Positions 37,130 to 49,076 of a stretch of DNA of 64,000 nt are shown here, in pieces. The stretch lies in contig CM000150.2 in NCBI GenBank assembly GCA_000004695.1, positions 1,856,001 through 1,920,000 on the forward strand, read 5' to 3'. Position numbers and translations under genes: made by a program. Every line of letters starts with the position of its first letter. Positions within the stretch are counted from its first letter, which is position 1. Source of the DNA: Dictyostelium discoideum (taxonomy: Eukaryota). Under the pieces are notes generated by a model. That model saw only the letters and a program-made list of their open reading frames with translations. It made no database searches and was not told where the DNA came from.

Positions 37130-37272
37130 TAAGGGCTTCTTACAGCAAAATTAATACAAAGTAAATTAAAACCAAAGTGTGTAGGATAGGTGGGAGACTT
37201 TGGTCAAGCGTGAAAGACCACCCCTTAGATTTAATTAAACCTACTTCTGAAAAGAAGGAAAACTTGAGCCCT
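37130..37272 (+). ncRNA. Class-I-like small ncRNA (about 143 nt), paralog of 36629-36735
   Basis: aagggcttcTTACAGCAAaa... with 5' agggct pairing 3' agccct; followed by T7. Shares taggtgggagact and cgtgaaagaccacc blocks with gene 1. Longer than canonical 42-65-nt Class I RNAs. Confidence 0.55.
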
Positions 37273-37643
37273 GTTTTTTTGAGTGAATTTAATATTGAGC
37301 CTTTTGGAATTGGTTGAATGTAACATTCAATCCTAACAGTTGTCGAGGAAATTGCGCTACACGAGGAGTAATAACCAATCTTTAACATTAATGGTGTTGA
37401 ATTTTTTGAATTGTTGGGTAATGAAAAAATAAGAATGAAAAAGTTTTAATTTAATTTTTTTTTTTTTTTTATTATTTTTTTTTTGTGATATTATTCGGTG
37501 GTATTCGTTGGGAAAGTGTTTGAAAAAGATTTTTTTTTTTTTTTAAAATTATTATTTTCTTCTTTGGTTGAAATAAAAAATTCAAAAATAGTAATTCAGA
37601 GTAAGGGCATAATTTGATAATTGTAAAACGAGTTTTGGATTTG

Positions 37644-37808
37644 TTAAATTCCACCTTTTGGACCAAGTTTATTAATCAATGAAGCTATCATTTTTAAATT
37701 ATTTCCAAAATTAATTTGAACTGATTTAGAATTAATTTCAAATGTTGTGTTTGAAGATAATGATGATGACGATTTATTTGAAATTTTAGTTAAAGTAGTG
37801 AAAATCAT
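37644..37808 (-). CDS. Small ORF family member (54 aa: MIFTTLTKISNKSSSSLSSNTTFEINSKSVQINFGNNLKMIASLINKLGPKGGI)
   Basis: ATG-to-stop ORF, below the 60-aa cutoff of the supplied table. One of four related small ORFs within the duplicated units. Confidence 0.35.
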   Translation of the reverse strand: MIFTTLTKISNKSSSSLSSNTTFEINSKSVQINFGNNLKMIASLINKLGPKGGI

Positions 37809-38279
37809 TTTTTAATTGAATATATTTTATTGAAAAAGAAATATTAGATTTTTTTTGATTTTATTTTTTTTTTGATTTATTTGGATAATGAAATAAAATT
37901 AATTTTCATTTTTGATTAAATAGTTTTTTTTCTTTTTTTTTTTTTTTTATTTAATTGTTTTAAAAAAAAAAAATAGAAATTTAAAATAAATAAATAAATA
38001 AATAAAAAGTTATAAATGGAACCGATATTCACAGTATAGTTATTTAACAAATAAATGTTTTCGATAATAATAATTTTAAAAATGAATAAGTAAGTTAAAT
38101 GAGGATTATCTAATCATTTTAATTTTTGATTAAATCAGATTGAAGAGGTATTACCAACTGAAAAATTATAAATATAATGATAGTACCAATTTTATTGTGT
38201 AAAAAATAATAATCGTTTATACACCCAATTTTATAAATTACTCCACAATACAAAAATTATTTCACCCCACATATTTCTT

Positions 38280-38321
<42 letters not shown>

Positions 38322-38492
38322 GGGTTGAACAGAATTATTTTAGTTAGAATTTAAATTAATTGTTTAAAAATAATTAATATATAAATAAATTTTTGATCAT
38401 TTGTAAATAATTATAACAAAGTATTTTGGTTTTAATTTCAAATAAAAAAAATAATATTACTTTTAAAAGAAGTTAGAATTTTAGATTATTGG

Positions 38493-38528
<36 letters not shown>

Positions 38529-39259
38529 AATATAATTTTAGGTTCAAAGGAATTAAAGATTATTATAAAGAAAAAAATAATTTCATTGGAATTTTGTTTT
38601 TGTTTTTCTAATTATATAGAATTTTTTTTTTTTTTTTAAACAAATAATTATTAATCATTGAATTGAGTTTTTTTTTTTTTTATATTGAAAACCTTAAATT
38701 ATTTTGTTAAACCACTTAAAAAAAAATGAAAAAATAATTAATAAATAAAAACAAATAATTTAAAAATAAAAAAAGGGGTGAATTATGTGTTTGTAATTTG
38801 TGGATTACTCACGATTAAAAGTGAAATATTTGTGTAAAAATGAATTTTATTTGTTCAATAAATAATTGTACTGAATAACCACTATCATAATATTGTTATT
38901 CTTCAGTTGAATATTTATTTTTGATTTTATTCTCTCAATCACTCATATCCAATTATATCATCAATATAATGTTAAGATTAACTTATTTCTCATTTTTTAT
39001 TTTATACATTCTCAAACATCTACTTGTTAAATTCTATTTTTAACATTTATAATTTATTTTTTATTATTTTATATTATATTTTATTATTTTTTTTTAAAAG
39101 TATTTAATAAAAAAAAATGATTTTTCATTTCTTTTCATTATTCAATACAAATAAAATATTATAAAATATAATACAATTAATTAAATAATATAATTTAATA
39201 TAAAAATATAATTTAATTTAATAATTAATAAAAATAAAAATAAAAAATTTAAATAAAAA

Positions 39260-39433
39260 ATGATTTTCACTTCATTAACTAAAATTTTAAATAAATCTTC
39301 ATCATCATCCTTAAATAAAACCTTTGATATTGACCAAAAATCAATTGCAATTAATTTTGAAAAATCAAATATTCAAGTTTATACAGTTTTAAATCCACTT
39401 GGTCCTCAAGGTGGTGTAGGCCCATACTTTTGA
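39260..39433 (+). CDS. Small ORF family member (57 aa: MIFTSLTKILNKSSSSSLNKTFDIDQKSIAINFEKSNIQVYTVLNPLGPQGGVGPYF)
   Basis: ATG-to-stop. About 50% identical to the minus-strand member, with a shared N-terminus MIFT[ST]LTKI.NKSSSS and C-terminal LGP.GG. Lies in inverted orientation within the same duplication unit. Confidence 0.35.
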   Translation: MIFTSLTKILNKSSSSSLNKTFDIDQKSIAINFEKSNIQVYTVLNPLGPQGGVGPYF

Positions 39434-40311
39434 TTTTATTTTAATCCAAAGAAGAAAAAAAAGATTTCCATCAAACTCTACAAAACAAAACTTTCCGAAT
39501 CAAATATAACCAACCATATGGGTTTAAAAACGAATTTAAAAATCGAAAAACAAAAAAATAAACTATTAAATAAAATTTATACTTTAATTTTAAAATCTAT
39601 TTTTTATTTTAAAGCCTATTATTTTTTTTATTTTATTTTTTATTTTTAAAAAAAAACTAAAAATTAAAAACTAATTAATACTGATTTAATAATAAATTAT
39701 TCATAACACGAGTTTTTGTTTGTTTTACAAGGCGAAAAAAAAAATCAAAAAGAAGAATTAGTTGTTTTGGTCATTTTATTTGCCAAAAAAAAAATTTAAA
39801 AAAAAAATTAAAAAAAAGAAAAGAATAATTTTGAGTTTTTTTTTTAAAACTAAATAACCAAATTAATTGTTTTAGTCATAATATTTATTTTTATAAATTT
39901 AGTTTTATTATTTTTTAACTATTTTTAAGATTTTTCTCATTTTATTTTTATTAATTATTTTCATCATTTTAATTATCACTTTATTTTTATTAGAAATTCT
40001 CATAATTTTAAGAATTTTATTTTTTTGAAAAAGAAGAATAAAAACATAAAAAACTAAAAAAAAATAACTGTAAAAAAAAGAAAGTTTTATTTAATTTTTA
40101 TTTTATTTTATTTTATTTTATTTTTATTTTATTTAATTTTTATTTTTTGTGATTTATATTATTCGGTGGTATTTGTTGGGAAAGTGTTTGAAAAAGTTTT
40201 TTCTTTTTTTTAAAATTATTATTTTCTTCTTTGATCGAAATAAAAAAATTCAAATATGGTCATTCAGAGTAAGGATATAATTTGATAATTGTAAAACGAG
40301 TTTTGGATTTG

Positions 40312-40476
40312 TTAAATTCCACCTTTTGGACCAAGTTTATTAATCAATGAAGCTATCATTTTTAAATTATTTCCAAAATCAATTTGAACTGATTTAGAAT
40401 TAATTTCAAATGTTGTGTTTGAAGATAAAGATGATGATGATTTATTTGAAATTTTAGTTAAAGTAGTGAAAATCAT
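40312..40476 (-). CDS. Small ORF family member (54 aa; copy of 37644-37808 with one Asn-to-Asp change)
   Basis: ATG-to-stop; duplicate in unit 2. Confidence 0.35.
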   Translation of the reverse strand: MIFTTLTKISNKSSSSLSSNTTFEINSKSVQIDFGNNLKMIASLINKLGPKGGI

Positions 40477-41614
40477 TTTTAAATTGAAAAAGAAATATTA
40501 GATTTTCTATTTTTATTTTTATTTTGTTTTGATTTATTTGGATAATGAATTAAAAAGAATTTTCATTTTTGATTAAATAGTTTTTTTTTTTTTATTTAAT
40601 TGTTTAAAATAAAAAAAAATTAAAAAAAAGTTATATATAGAACTAATAATCACAGTATAGTTATTAACAAATAAATGTTGGATATTAAAAATTAATTATT
40701 TAAAAATAACTAATATAAATAAATATTAGATCATTTTGTAAATAATTTTACCAAAGTATTTTAATTTCAATTTAAAAATTTGTATTACTTTCAAAAGAAT
40801 TAGGAATTTAAGATTTAAAAAAAAAAAAAAAAAAAAAAAATTTAATATAATTTTAGGTTCAAAGGGACTTAAAGGAATTAAAGATTATTTTAGAGAAAAA
40901 AAATGATTTCATTGGAATTTTGTTTTTATTTTTTTATTTTAATTTTATAGAATTATTGATTTTTTTTTTTTTTTAACAAATAATTATTAATCATTGAATT
41001 GAGTTTTTTTTTTTTTAATAATTGAAATCTTAAATTAATTTGTTCAACCACTTGAAAAAAATTTAAAAAAATGAAAAAATAATTAAAAAAATAAAAAAAA
41101 TAAAAAAAATAAAAAACAAATTATTTTAAAATAAAAAAGGGGTGAATTATGTGTTTGTAATTTGTGGATTCGTCACAATCAAAAGTGAAATATTTGTGTA
41201 AAAATGAAAATTATTTGTTCAATAAATAATTGTACTGAATAGCAACTATCATAATATTGTTATTCTTCAGTTGAGTATTTATTTTTGATTTTATTCTCTC
41301 AATCACTTAGATCCAATTATATCATCAATATAATATTAAGATTAACTTATTTCTCGTTTTTTATTTTTACATTCGCAAGCATCGACTTGTTAAATTCTAT
41401 TTTTAACATTTATAATTTATTTTTTATTATTTTATATTATTTTTTTTATTTCAAAGTATTTAATAAAAAAAAAAAAATGATTTTTCATTTCTATTCATTA
41501 TTTAATACAAATAAAATATTATAAAATATTATAAAATTAATTAATCAATATAATTTAATATAAAAATATAATTTAATTTAATATAATTAATAAAAGTAAA
41601 AATTTAAATAAAAA

Positions 41615-41791
41615 ATGATTTTCACTTCATTAACTAAAATTTTAAATAAATCTTCATCATCATCCTTAAATAAAACCTTTGATATTGACCAAAAATCAAT
41701 TGCAATTAATTTTGAAAAATCAAATATTCAAGTTTTTTCAGTTTTAAATAATCCACTTGGTCCTCAAGGTGGTGTTGGCCCATACTTTTGA
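41615..41791 (+). CDS. Small ORF family member (58 aa: MIFTSLTKILNKSSSSSLNKTFDIDQKSIAINFEKSNIQVFSVLNNPLGPQGGVGPYF)
   Basis: ATG-to-stop; duplicate of 39260-39433 in unit 2. The differences are mostly conservative. Confidence 0.35.
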   Translation: MIFTSLTKILNKSSSSSLNKTFDIDQKSIAINFEKSNIQVFSVLNNPLGPQGGVGPYF

Positions 41792-42656
41792 TTTTATTTT
41801 AATCCAAAGAAGAAAAAAAAGATTTCTACAAAACAAAACTTTCCGAATCTAATATAACCACCCATATGGGTTTATAAAAAAATTACAAACGAATATAAAA
41901 ATCGAATAACAAAAAAATAAATTATTAAAAAAATTTTATTCTTTAATTTTAAATCTATAAATATATTTTTTTTTTCTTTTTTTTTTTTTTTTTCAAAAGA
42001 TAGTACTATTTTTTATTATAAAATAACTTTAATTGTGACCAATTTAGAATATTGTTGGTTGTAATTTAATTTGATTAATTGATGATCAACTAATTCGATA
42101 ACTGATTTATTAAATTTCAATTCCACAGAAATATTGTCGCCTTTAGTTGAAATTTGTGAATCATTTAATTTGCATTTCAATTATTGGAGTTGAGTGATTG
42201 AAAGTGTAATTTTTACCATTTGGCCATTAATTCATCGGAATAGAACATGTTCTTACTTTTTGATGAATTTATACAGTTGAAATCCAACTCCAACCTAGTT
42301 AAAGCAAATGACCATTTCGAGTAATATCAATAACATTTGTTTGACTTGTTTAATATTAAAATTAATACATTAATTTATTAAAATACTCACTTATATTTAA
42401 TGCAAAATTAAAAAAATTATAATGAAATAAATAAAAAATATTGGTTTAATCTCTTTTTGTTTTTATTTTTTTTTTTTTTTATTTATTTTTTTAAAGAATT
42501 AAAATTTGTTAATGTTTATTCTATTTTTAACATTATAGCCCATAATTAAATACACCACAATAAAAATGATAATAAAATACAAAAATTTAAACATTCCCAC
42601 TTTAACAACACAAATCAAATACACAATAAAAATGTTGGAAAATGATTTTGGTTTAC

Positions 42657-42687
<31 letters not shown>

Positions 42688-42793
42688 TTTTTTTTTTATT
42701 ATTTTACAAACAATTATAGTAATTTCTTTTGTTATATTTGTTACTATTATCTTGTATATATAAGTATATTATTATTTATATTACTTTTGGTTA

Positions 42794-42936
42794 TTAAGAT
42801 TCGAAATATTTGGAAAAGAAACCTTTTATAATCGGAGTTTGATTACTTGGGCTTTGATTATTTGGAGTTGTAGAATTATTATTGTTATTACTATTATTAT
42901 TGAGATTGTTATTATTATTAATATTATTATTATTAC

Positions 42937-43023
<87 letters not shown>

Positions 43024-43152
43024 TATTATTATTATTATTATTATTGTTATTATTATTGTTATTATTACCACTATTATTTGGAGGTATTGTGGGCGTGTTA
43101 TTATTATTATTACTACTACTGTTAATATTATTATTATTATTATTAATATTAA

Positions 43153-43189
<37 letters not shown>

Positions 43190-44495
43190 ATTATTATTAT
43201 TATTATTATTCGCAATTGAAGATTGTAAAACTGTAGTTGTTACAGGTGAAGATGAACCAGATGAAGGTTTTAATTTATTTAACAAACTATTACTAGTGCT
43301 ATTGCTATTGGTTATGGAATTTTCACTTTTTAAATTATTTGTATTAACAGAATGATTATTATTATTATTATTATTATTATTAATATTATTATTATTATCG
43401 TTACTAATAATATTATTATTATTTCCTCCATCATGTACAGTTGAATTATTTGGACTTGTCCTTCCACTATTGTTTGAATTAACACTTGAATTTGGTGATG
43501 TTGGTGAAGATAATGATGCAAATGGATTGAAAAATCTAATTGCATAGGACTGTCCAGATTCTAAAACATTCTCTGTATTTAATTTAAATGTTTTATTCTT
43601 TAATGATAATGCTGTGGAATAAATAGTATGAAAATCAATTGTATTTGGATAAGCTTGTAATAGCTTTAATGAATCTGCAAATGATGATTTTAAAATTTGA
43701 TCTCTTACACAACTAAAAAAAATTAAAATGAAAAAAATAAATTAATTAATAATTCTATTGATTTATATATATAATTTAATTTATATATAACTTTTCACCT
43801 ACATTAACATTGAACAACAGAAAAAATATAATAAATCAAATCTATTTGGATCTGAAAATAATGCATCCCATAATCTTAATACATCTGGTAATTCAAATTC
43901 TTGGGATAATAATAATGTAATCCATCTAAAGCTATAAAATTGTGGATTCAATTTTTTATCTTCCTATAAAATTATAATTATTATTAGCATAATGATGATG
44001 ATGATGATTATTTTTTTTTATTTTTTTTCTTTTTTAAATAAAACTTACTAAATCAGTCCATAATTCTAAATCATTATCTTTTAAAATTCTATTTAATTTT
44101 TTAATACTACTGATGATACCAACATCAGATCTATCTAGAGTTTTACAAAAGTTATCACGAATTTCACTCATTAAACTTGTGAAACAATAGAATGAATCTG
44201 CTTCTGCATTTTTTTTACAATCTTGATCAGGATCAGTTGCAAAAATGTAATAAACATGACCCAATATTTCATTCATACCTTGAACGTATTTAATACCTGG
44301 ATTCAATTTTGCATAAATAAATAGAATACGTCTTAATGCCTCATAATGAATTGATTTACCATCCTCTTGTTGATAATTAAAGAAATGCATTGATGGAAAT
44401 GTTCTTCTAACATCTTTTTCAATATCTATTAATATGTTTTGATCTTTCCAATATTCATTCCATTTACTATCTGTTTGAACACTTAATGGCTAAAA

Positions 44496-44527
<32 letters not shown>

Positions 44528-45011
44528 TAAAAATAATAACAATAATAATAAATTAATATAAAATATATGATATTTATATATATATATATATGTGATGTAT
44601 ATAAAATAACATACATGATCAAATTCTTCTTGTTTTGGTGGTGGTGAATCACCTTTATATGGGTCAATCATTAATTCATTAATAAAATCTTGATAACCAT
44701 TTCTACTTTTTTTTAAATGAATTTCCCATTGTGTTCTATCTAATGGTAAATATCTTAATAAAATCTAAATTGTACGAATTTATTTATATTATTTAATATT
44801 AGTATTTTTAAAAACAATGATTATTATTATTATTAATATTTTAATTAATTTTTATTTTTTTCCATACCTTCCAATAACATGCTCTTAAACCGTGTGATTC
44901 TGGAATTCCTTGCTCTGCAAGATGTTGGATGATACTAATATCAATTGATGATGGCTTTAATGCTTCCTTATAATAGTGAACTCTTTCATTAAATGATGGA
45001 ATGGATGACAT
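42794..45011 (-). CDS. TBC-domain Rab GTPase-activating protein with a long poly-N/low-complexity C-terminal tail (5 exons, about 604 aa)
   Basis: Exon 1 spans 45011..44868: MSSIPSFNERVHYYKEALKPSSIDISIIQHLAEQGIPESHGLRACYWK, donor gtatgg. Exon 2 spans 44764..44615: ILLRYLPLDRTQWEIHLKKSRNGYQDFINELMIDPYKGDSPPPKQEEFDH, donor gtatgt. Exon 3 spans 44489..44049: ...IDIEKDVRRTFP (arginine-finger IxxDxxR)...RILFIYAKLNPGIKYVQGMNEI (YxQ glutamine finger)..., donor gtaagt. Exon 4 spans 43963..43803: EDKKLNPQFYSFRWITLLLSQEFELPDVLRLWDALFSDPNRFDLLYFFCCSML, donor gtaggt. Exon 5 spans 43712..42794: ICVRDQILKSSFADSLKLLQAYPN... followed by an N-rich tail. All phases are consistent (0, 0, 0, 2). Confidence 0.8.
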
Positions 45012-45920
45012 TCTTTATTTTATTTTATTTATTTTTTTTAAATTGATTGAAGAAAAAAAAAAAAAAAAAAATGAAAAAAAGAAAATAAAAATTATTAAAA
45101 TGGGATTAAATTAAAAAAAAAAAATAAAAAAAATAAAAAAAATTATAATTTCTTGTTTTTAATTAATTTTTATTATTATAATTCTTATAAAACTAAAATA
45201 ATGTTTATGTGTTTTTTTTTTTTTTTTTTTTTTTTTGATATGTTTATTATTAAACCACCTTTCAAGTGTCAAAATTTTTAAAAAAAATAAAAAAAAAAAA
45301 AAAAAAAAATTTAAAAATAAAAAAAAAAAAAATTTAAAAATACAAAAAAAAAAAAAAATTTAAAATAAAAAAACTCTGAGAGTTTATTTTAATAAAAGTA
45401 ATAATAAATAAAATAGAGTTTATTTTAATAAAAGTAATAATAAAACCTTTTTTTTATTTTTTCCTTTTATTATTATTATTTTTTTATTATTTGTTTTTTT
45501 ATTTTTTTTATTTATTTTTTTATTTTTTATTTTTTTTATTTATTTTTTTTATTAATAAAAATAAAAGAAAAATACTAAAAACATAAAAATATTATTGTTT
45601 ACCATTAGTATTTTAATAACTATTCTTTATATAGAATTTTTAAATTTCGATGCAAAACCCTCCCAATTTTCTTTTTTTTTTTTTTTAATTTAAATTTATT
45701 ATTTTTAATTTTTTTTTTTTTTTTTTAATTTTTTTTTTTTTTTTAAATTTTTTTTTTTTTTTTCAAATATTTTCAAATTTTTTAACTGTCAAAAATTAAA
45801 TATTTGAAGTGAAAAATACAATTCGGATTATTATGAAAATTTATTAAAATTTCATTGATAATTTTTGTTTTTTTTTTTTTAATCTTACACATCAATATAT
45901 ATTTCTAAAAAAAAAATATA

Positions 45921-46587
45921 ATGTCCACTTCACCAACACATCATCAACAACAACAACAACAACATCAAACTTCACCAACGCACAATCAACACACTTCACC
46001 AACACATCAGCAACAACAACAACAACAACAACAACAACCAACTTCACCAATACACCAACAACAACAAAAACAAACTTCACCGACACACAATCAACCAACT
46101 TCACCAACAAATTCCTCAACTACAACAACAACAACCACAACAAATACAAATACATTAAAAACTCCAACCGACTTAATTAAAGAGAAATGTGAATCATCAT
46201 TACAACAACCTGATTCAATCATGTCAATTGAAGCATCATCCTTAATGAAAGAATACATCACAGTTGGTGGTAGACCACAAGTAAGTTATATTATTATTAT
46301 TATTATTATTAATAACCATAATAATAATTAAAATCATAAACTAATATATTATTGTGTGTGTGTGTGTGTGTAATAATTTAGGATGTTATTACATTTTTAT
46401 CGGAAAGTTATAGAGGATATGCACAAATGTGTAATTTATTATGTTATTGGTTAAAGATAGCAGGTATACCAGAAGAACAAATTCAAACTCAATTTTCAAA
46501 TCATTTAAAAGAAATCATAATAAATAAATTTGATCCAAAAGTTGCTGATACTATTTTTACTTCTGTATGTGTTATATCTTTATACCA

Positions 46588-46624
<37 letters not shown>

Positions 46625-48275
46625 ACAAATTTATTAATATATTAATAATTAATAATATATAGTCTAGTACACCACCACATTGGTTAGATGAAATGATAGT
46701 TGATTCACAATGGAGATCACTTATATATCAATTATCAGAAGAACATAAGAATTGTTTAATGTTAAATTTCATAATTCAAAGAATATCAGATTCAGGTTAT
46801 CAAAATGAAATTGCATCATTAAGTACTGCCTCAACATACTATAGAGTTTTTAATAAAGTTTTATTCGATTCATTAGCGGATTTAGTAACATTGGATGAAA
46901 TTTCATTTCGTCAACAATTGGATGAATTTAAAAAATCATGTTGTCAACATCAACATACTTATTTATACGCTCAAGCAACAATTCAAAATTTAATTAAAAA
47001 TAATCCTCAAAAAGCTTATAATTTAAAAAGAATTTCTCAAGAATTAGAAATAGAAGCAACTAAAAAGTAAAAAAAAAAAAAAAAATTCAAAATAATATAT
47101 AATTTATTATTATTATAATTACTAACTTTTTTATTTTATTTTATTTTTTTTTTTTTTTAGAAATAAAATTGCACAAAGAATTTCGTTAATGATGTCAAAT
47201 ATATCACAATATCCATTAATATCATCAAGTATAACATCATTGCTAATGAGTAATACAACAACAACAGGTGATATAATTAAATTATATAATGAATATACAA
47301 AAGCTCAACCACCACCAGTCGATTTTTTAAGGTATCCAAATTTATTGGAACTATTATTGAGTGATTTATTTTGTCCTGGTAAAGTCATTCAAAGTGTACA
47401 TAAGAGTAAATGGATTTATTTAGTGACCTATAGTGTTTGTATTAATAGTAGTAGTAGTAGCAATGAGAAAGATAATAATGTATTTAAAGATATTACACGT
47501 GCAATTGAAATAGTTCATAATATTTGTCAATCGAATCCATTAGGTTCAGAATTACAATCAGTTGTTGGTACTCTAAAAGATCATTTAGACTTTCCAATCA
47601 TTTCAATGGGTATAATGCAATGGATTAAACATAATCTTACTGACACTACAAATCTTTCAAGTTATAATACTTTATGTGTACCAATTTATTTAGATTTCTT
47701 AAGAGATGTAAGTTGTTTATTTATTTATTTATTTAAAAAAGTAAATTAATTTATTAACATATTTTTTTGAATAATAAAAATAATAGATTTGTTTAAGACA
47801 TCCATTACATAGATCAGTTGTATTAAATATATTAGTATCACATTTTGAAGTTGAAGCACAAGATTTAGAATCATTGGCAATATTAGAGATGAGAAAGAAT
47901 GTAATTGATAATATAGTTTATTTATTTAGTTGTGGTTATGTTATACCAGTTTTAGATACAATTGAAAGTTGGGCACCAAAAATTGATCCTTCCTTAACTC
48001 GTTACTTTATAAATCAAGTTTTAGATATAATCGAACCACCTTATTCTCAATCATTTATGGATAAAATGAAATCAATCATTAAAATCATTAATCCATTTGG
48101 TGAAAGTACAAAATTGGAACCATCTGTTCAAAGTTTTTTAGATCAATGTAAAAATCAATTAATTTTAAATAATAATAATAATAACAATAATAATAATTTA
48201 TCAACAAAAACTTCAACAAAAAGAAATAATACTGAAATTTATAATAATGAAGATGAAAATGAACAAGTATTTTAA
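45921..48275 (+). CDS. Negative elongation factor C/D (NELF-C/D, TH1-like) homolog (5 exons, about 660 aa)
   Basis: Exons 45921..46280, 46382..46564, 46663..47066, 47161..47707 and 47787..48275, with gtaagt/gtatgt/gtaaaa/gtaagt donors and tttag/tatag/ttttag/taatag acceptors; phases 0, 0, 2, 0. Alignable to human NELFCD throughout: DVITFLSESYRGYAQMCNLLCYWLKIAGIPEE vs [82 protein letters not shown] vs [74 protein letters not shown] vs PPPVELIRVPAFLDLFMQSLFKPG; LFSCGYVIPVLDTI...RYFINQVLDIIEPPYSQSF vs LLSRGYVLPVVSYI...RYFVTEVLDVIAPPYTSDF. The N-terminus carries a Q/H/T-rich extension. Confidence 0.8.
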
Positions 48276-48781
48276 TAAAAATAAAATAAAATAAAAAATC
48301 AAAGTCAAAATTAAAAAAAAATGAATTATGACATTCTAAAAAGCATATGTGTGAAAAAAAAAAAAAAAAGATATTTTTAGAACGATATGAGGTATAAAAA
48401 ACTGAATTTGAAATTGAAAAAAAAAAAAAAAAATAAAAAATTAAATAAATAAATTTAAAAATAACCTAACTGACGTTACATTTTTTTGTACCTTTTTAAC
48501 AATTCATTGAATTGTACCGATATCATTTTAAAATTTTTTTTTTTATTTTTTATTTTTTATTTTTTTTTTTTTTTTTTCTAATTCATTAAAAAAAAAAACA
48601 TAATAAAATTTTCAATTTTTGTAAAAAACACACAAATATAAAAACATATATATATATATATATATAAAAATTTAATTAATTAAATAAATTTATATTTTTA
48701 CGATTGTATAAATACCTCATCCCCCTCCTCCTACTCCTACTCCTCCTTCCCTCCTCTCAACTTTAAATTTCATAAATAAAT

Positions 48782-48997
48782 ATGAATTTCAGTGTTGAAG
48801 AGAAAACTCTTTTAGGTTTAGGTTTATTTAATATATTATTATTATTAATATTTATAATTCATTTTAGTATAATATATAATTTATCAAAAAAAAGAGTTAA
48901 AACATATGTAAATAATGGGCCCAATATAAACCCCACTTCGACAGATGACGAATATGGTATTGAATTAACTGATAATACTAAAAAAAATCAAATACCT

Positions 48998-49076
<79 letters not shown>

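Larger units (their letters stand above)
37484..39600 (+). repeat. Tandem segmental duplication, unit 1 (about 2.1-2.6 kb; duplicated at 40145-41940)
   Basis: Long collinear blocks of 85-95% identity (e.g. 37484-37830 vs 40150-40490, 38290-38420 vs 40690-40760, 38777-39060 vs 41140-41420, 39250-39540 vs 41600-41890), with indels in A/T tracts. Confidence 0.85.
40145..41940 (+). repeat. Tandem segmental duplication, unit 2
   Basis: See unit 1. Confidence 0.85.

Noticed and set aside
42826-43545. ORFs 42826..43215 (-), 42839..43219 (+), 42882..43355 (+), 43330..43545 (-) (poly-I/poly-L)
   Set aside because: Alternate-frame and antisense translations of the (AAT)n-rich poly-N tail of the TBC RabGAP last exon.
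44467-44671. ORFs with YYYYY/LLLLL runs
   Set aside because: Lie within intron 2 of the TBC gene, in (ata)n/(taa)n repeats.
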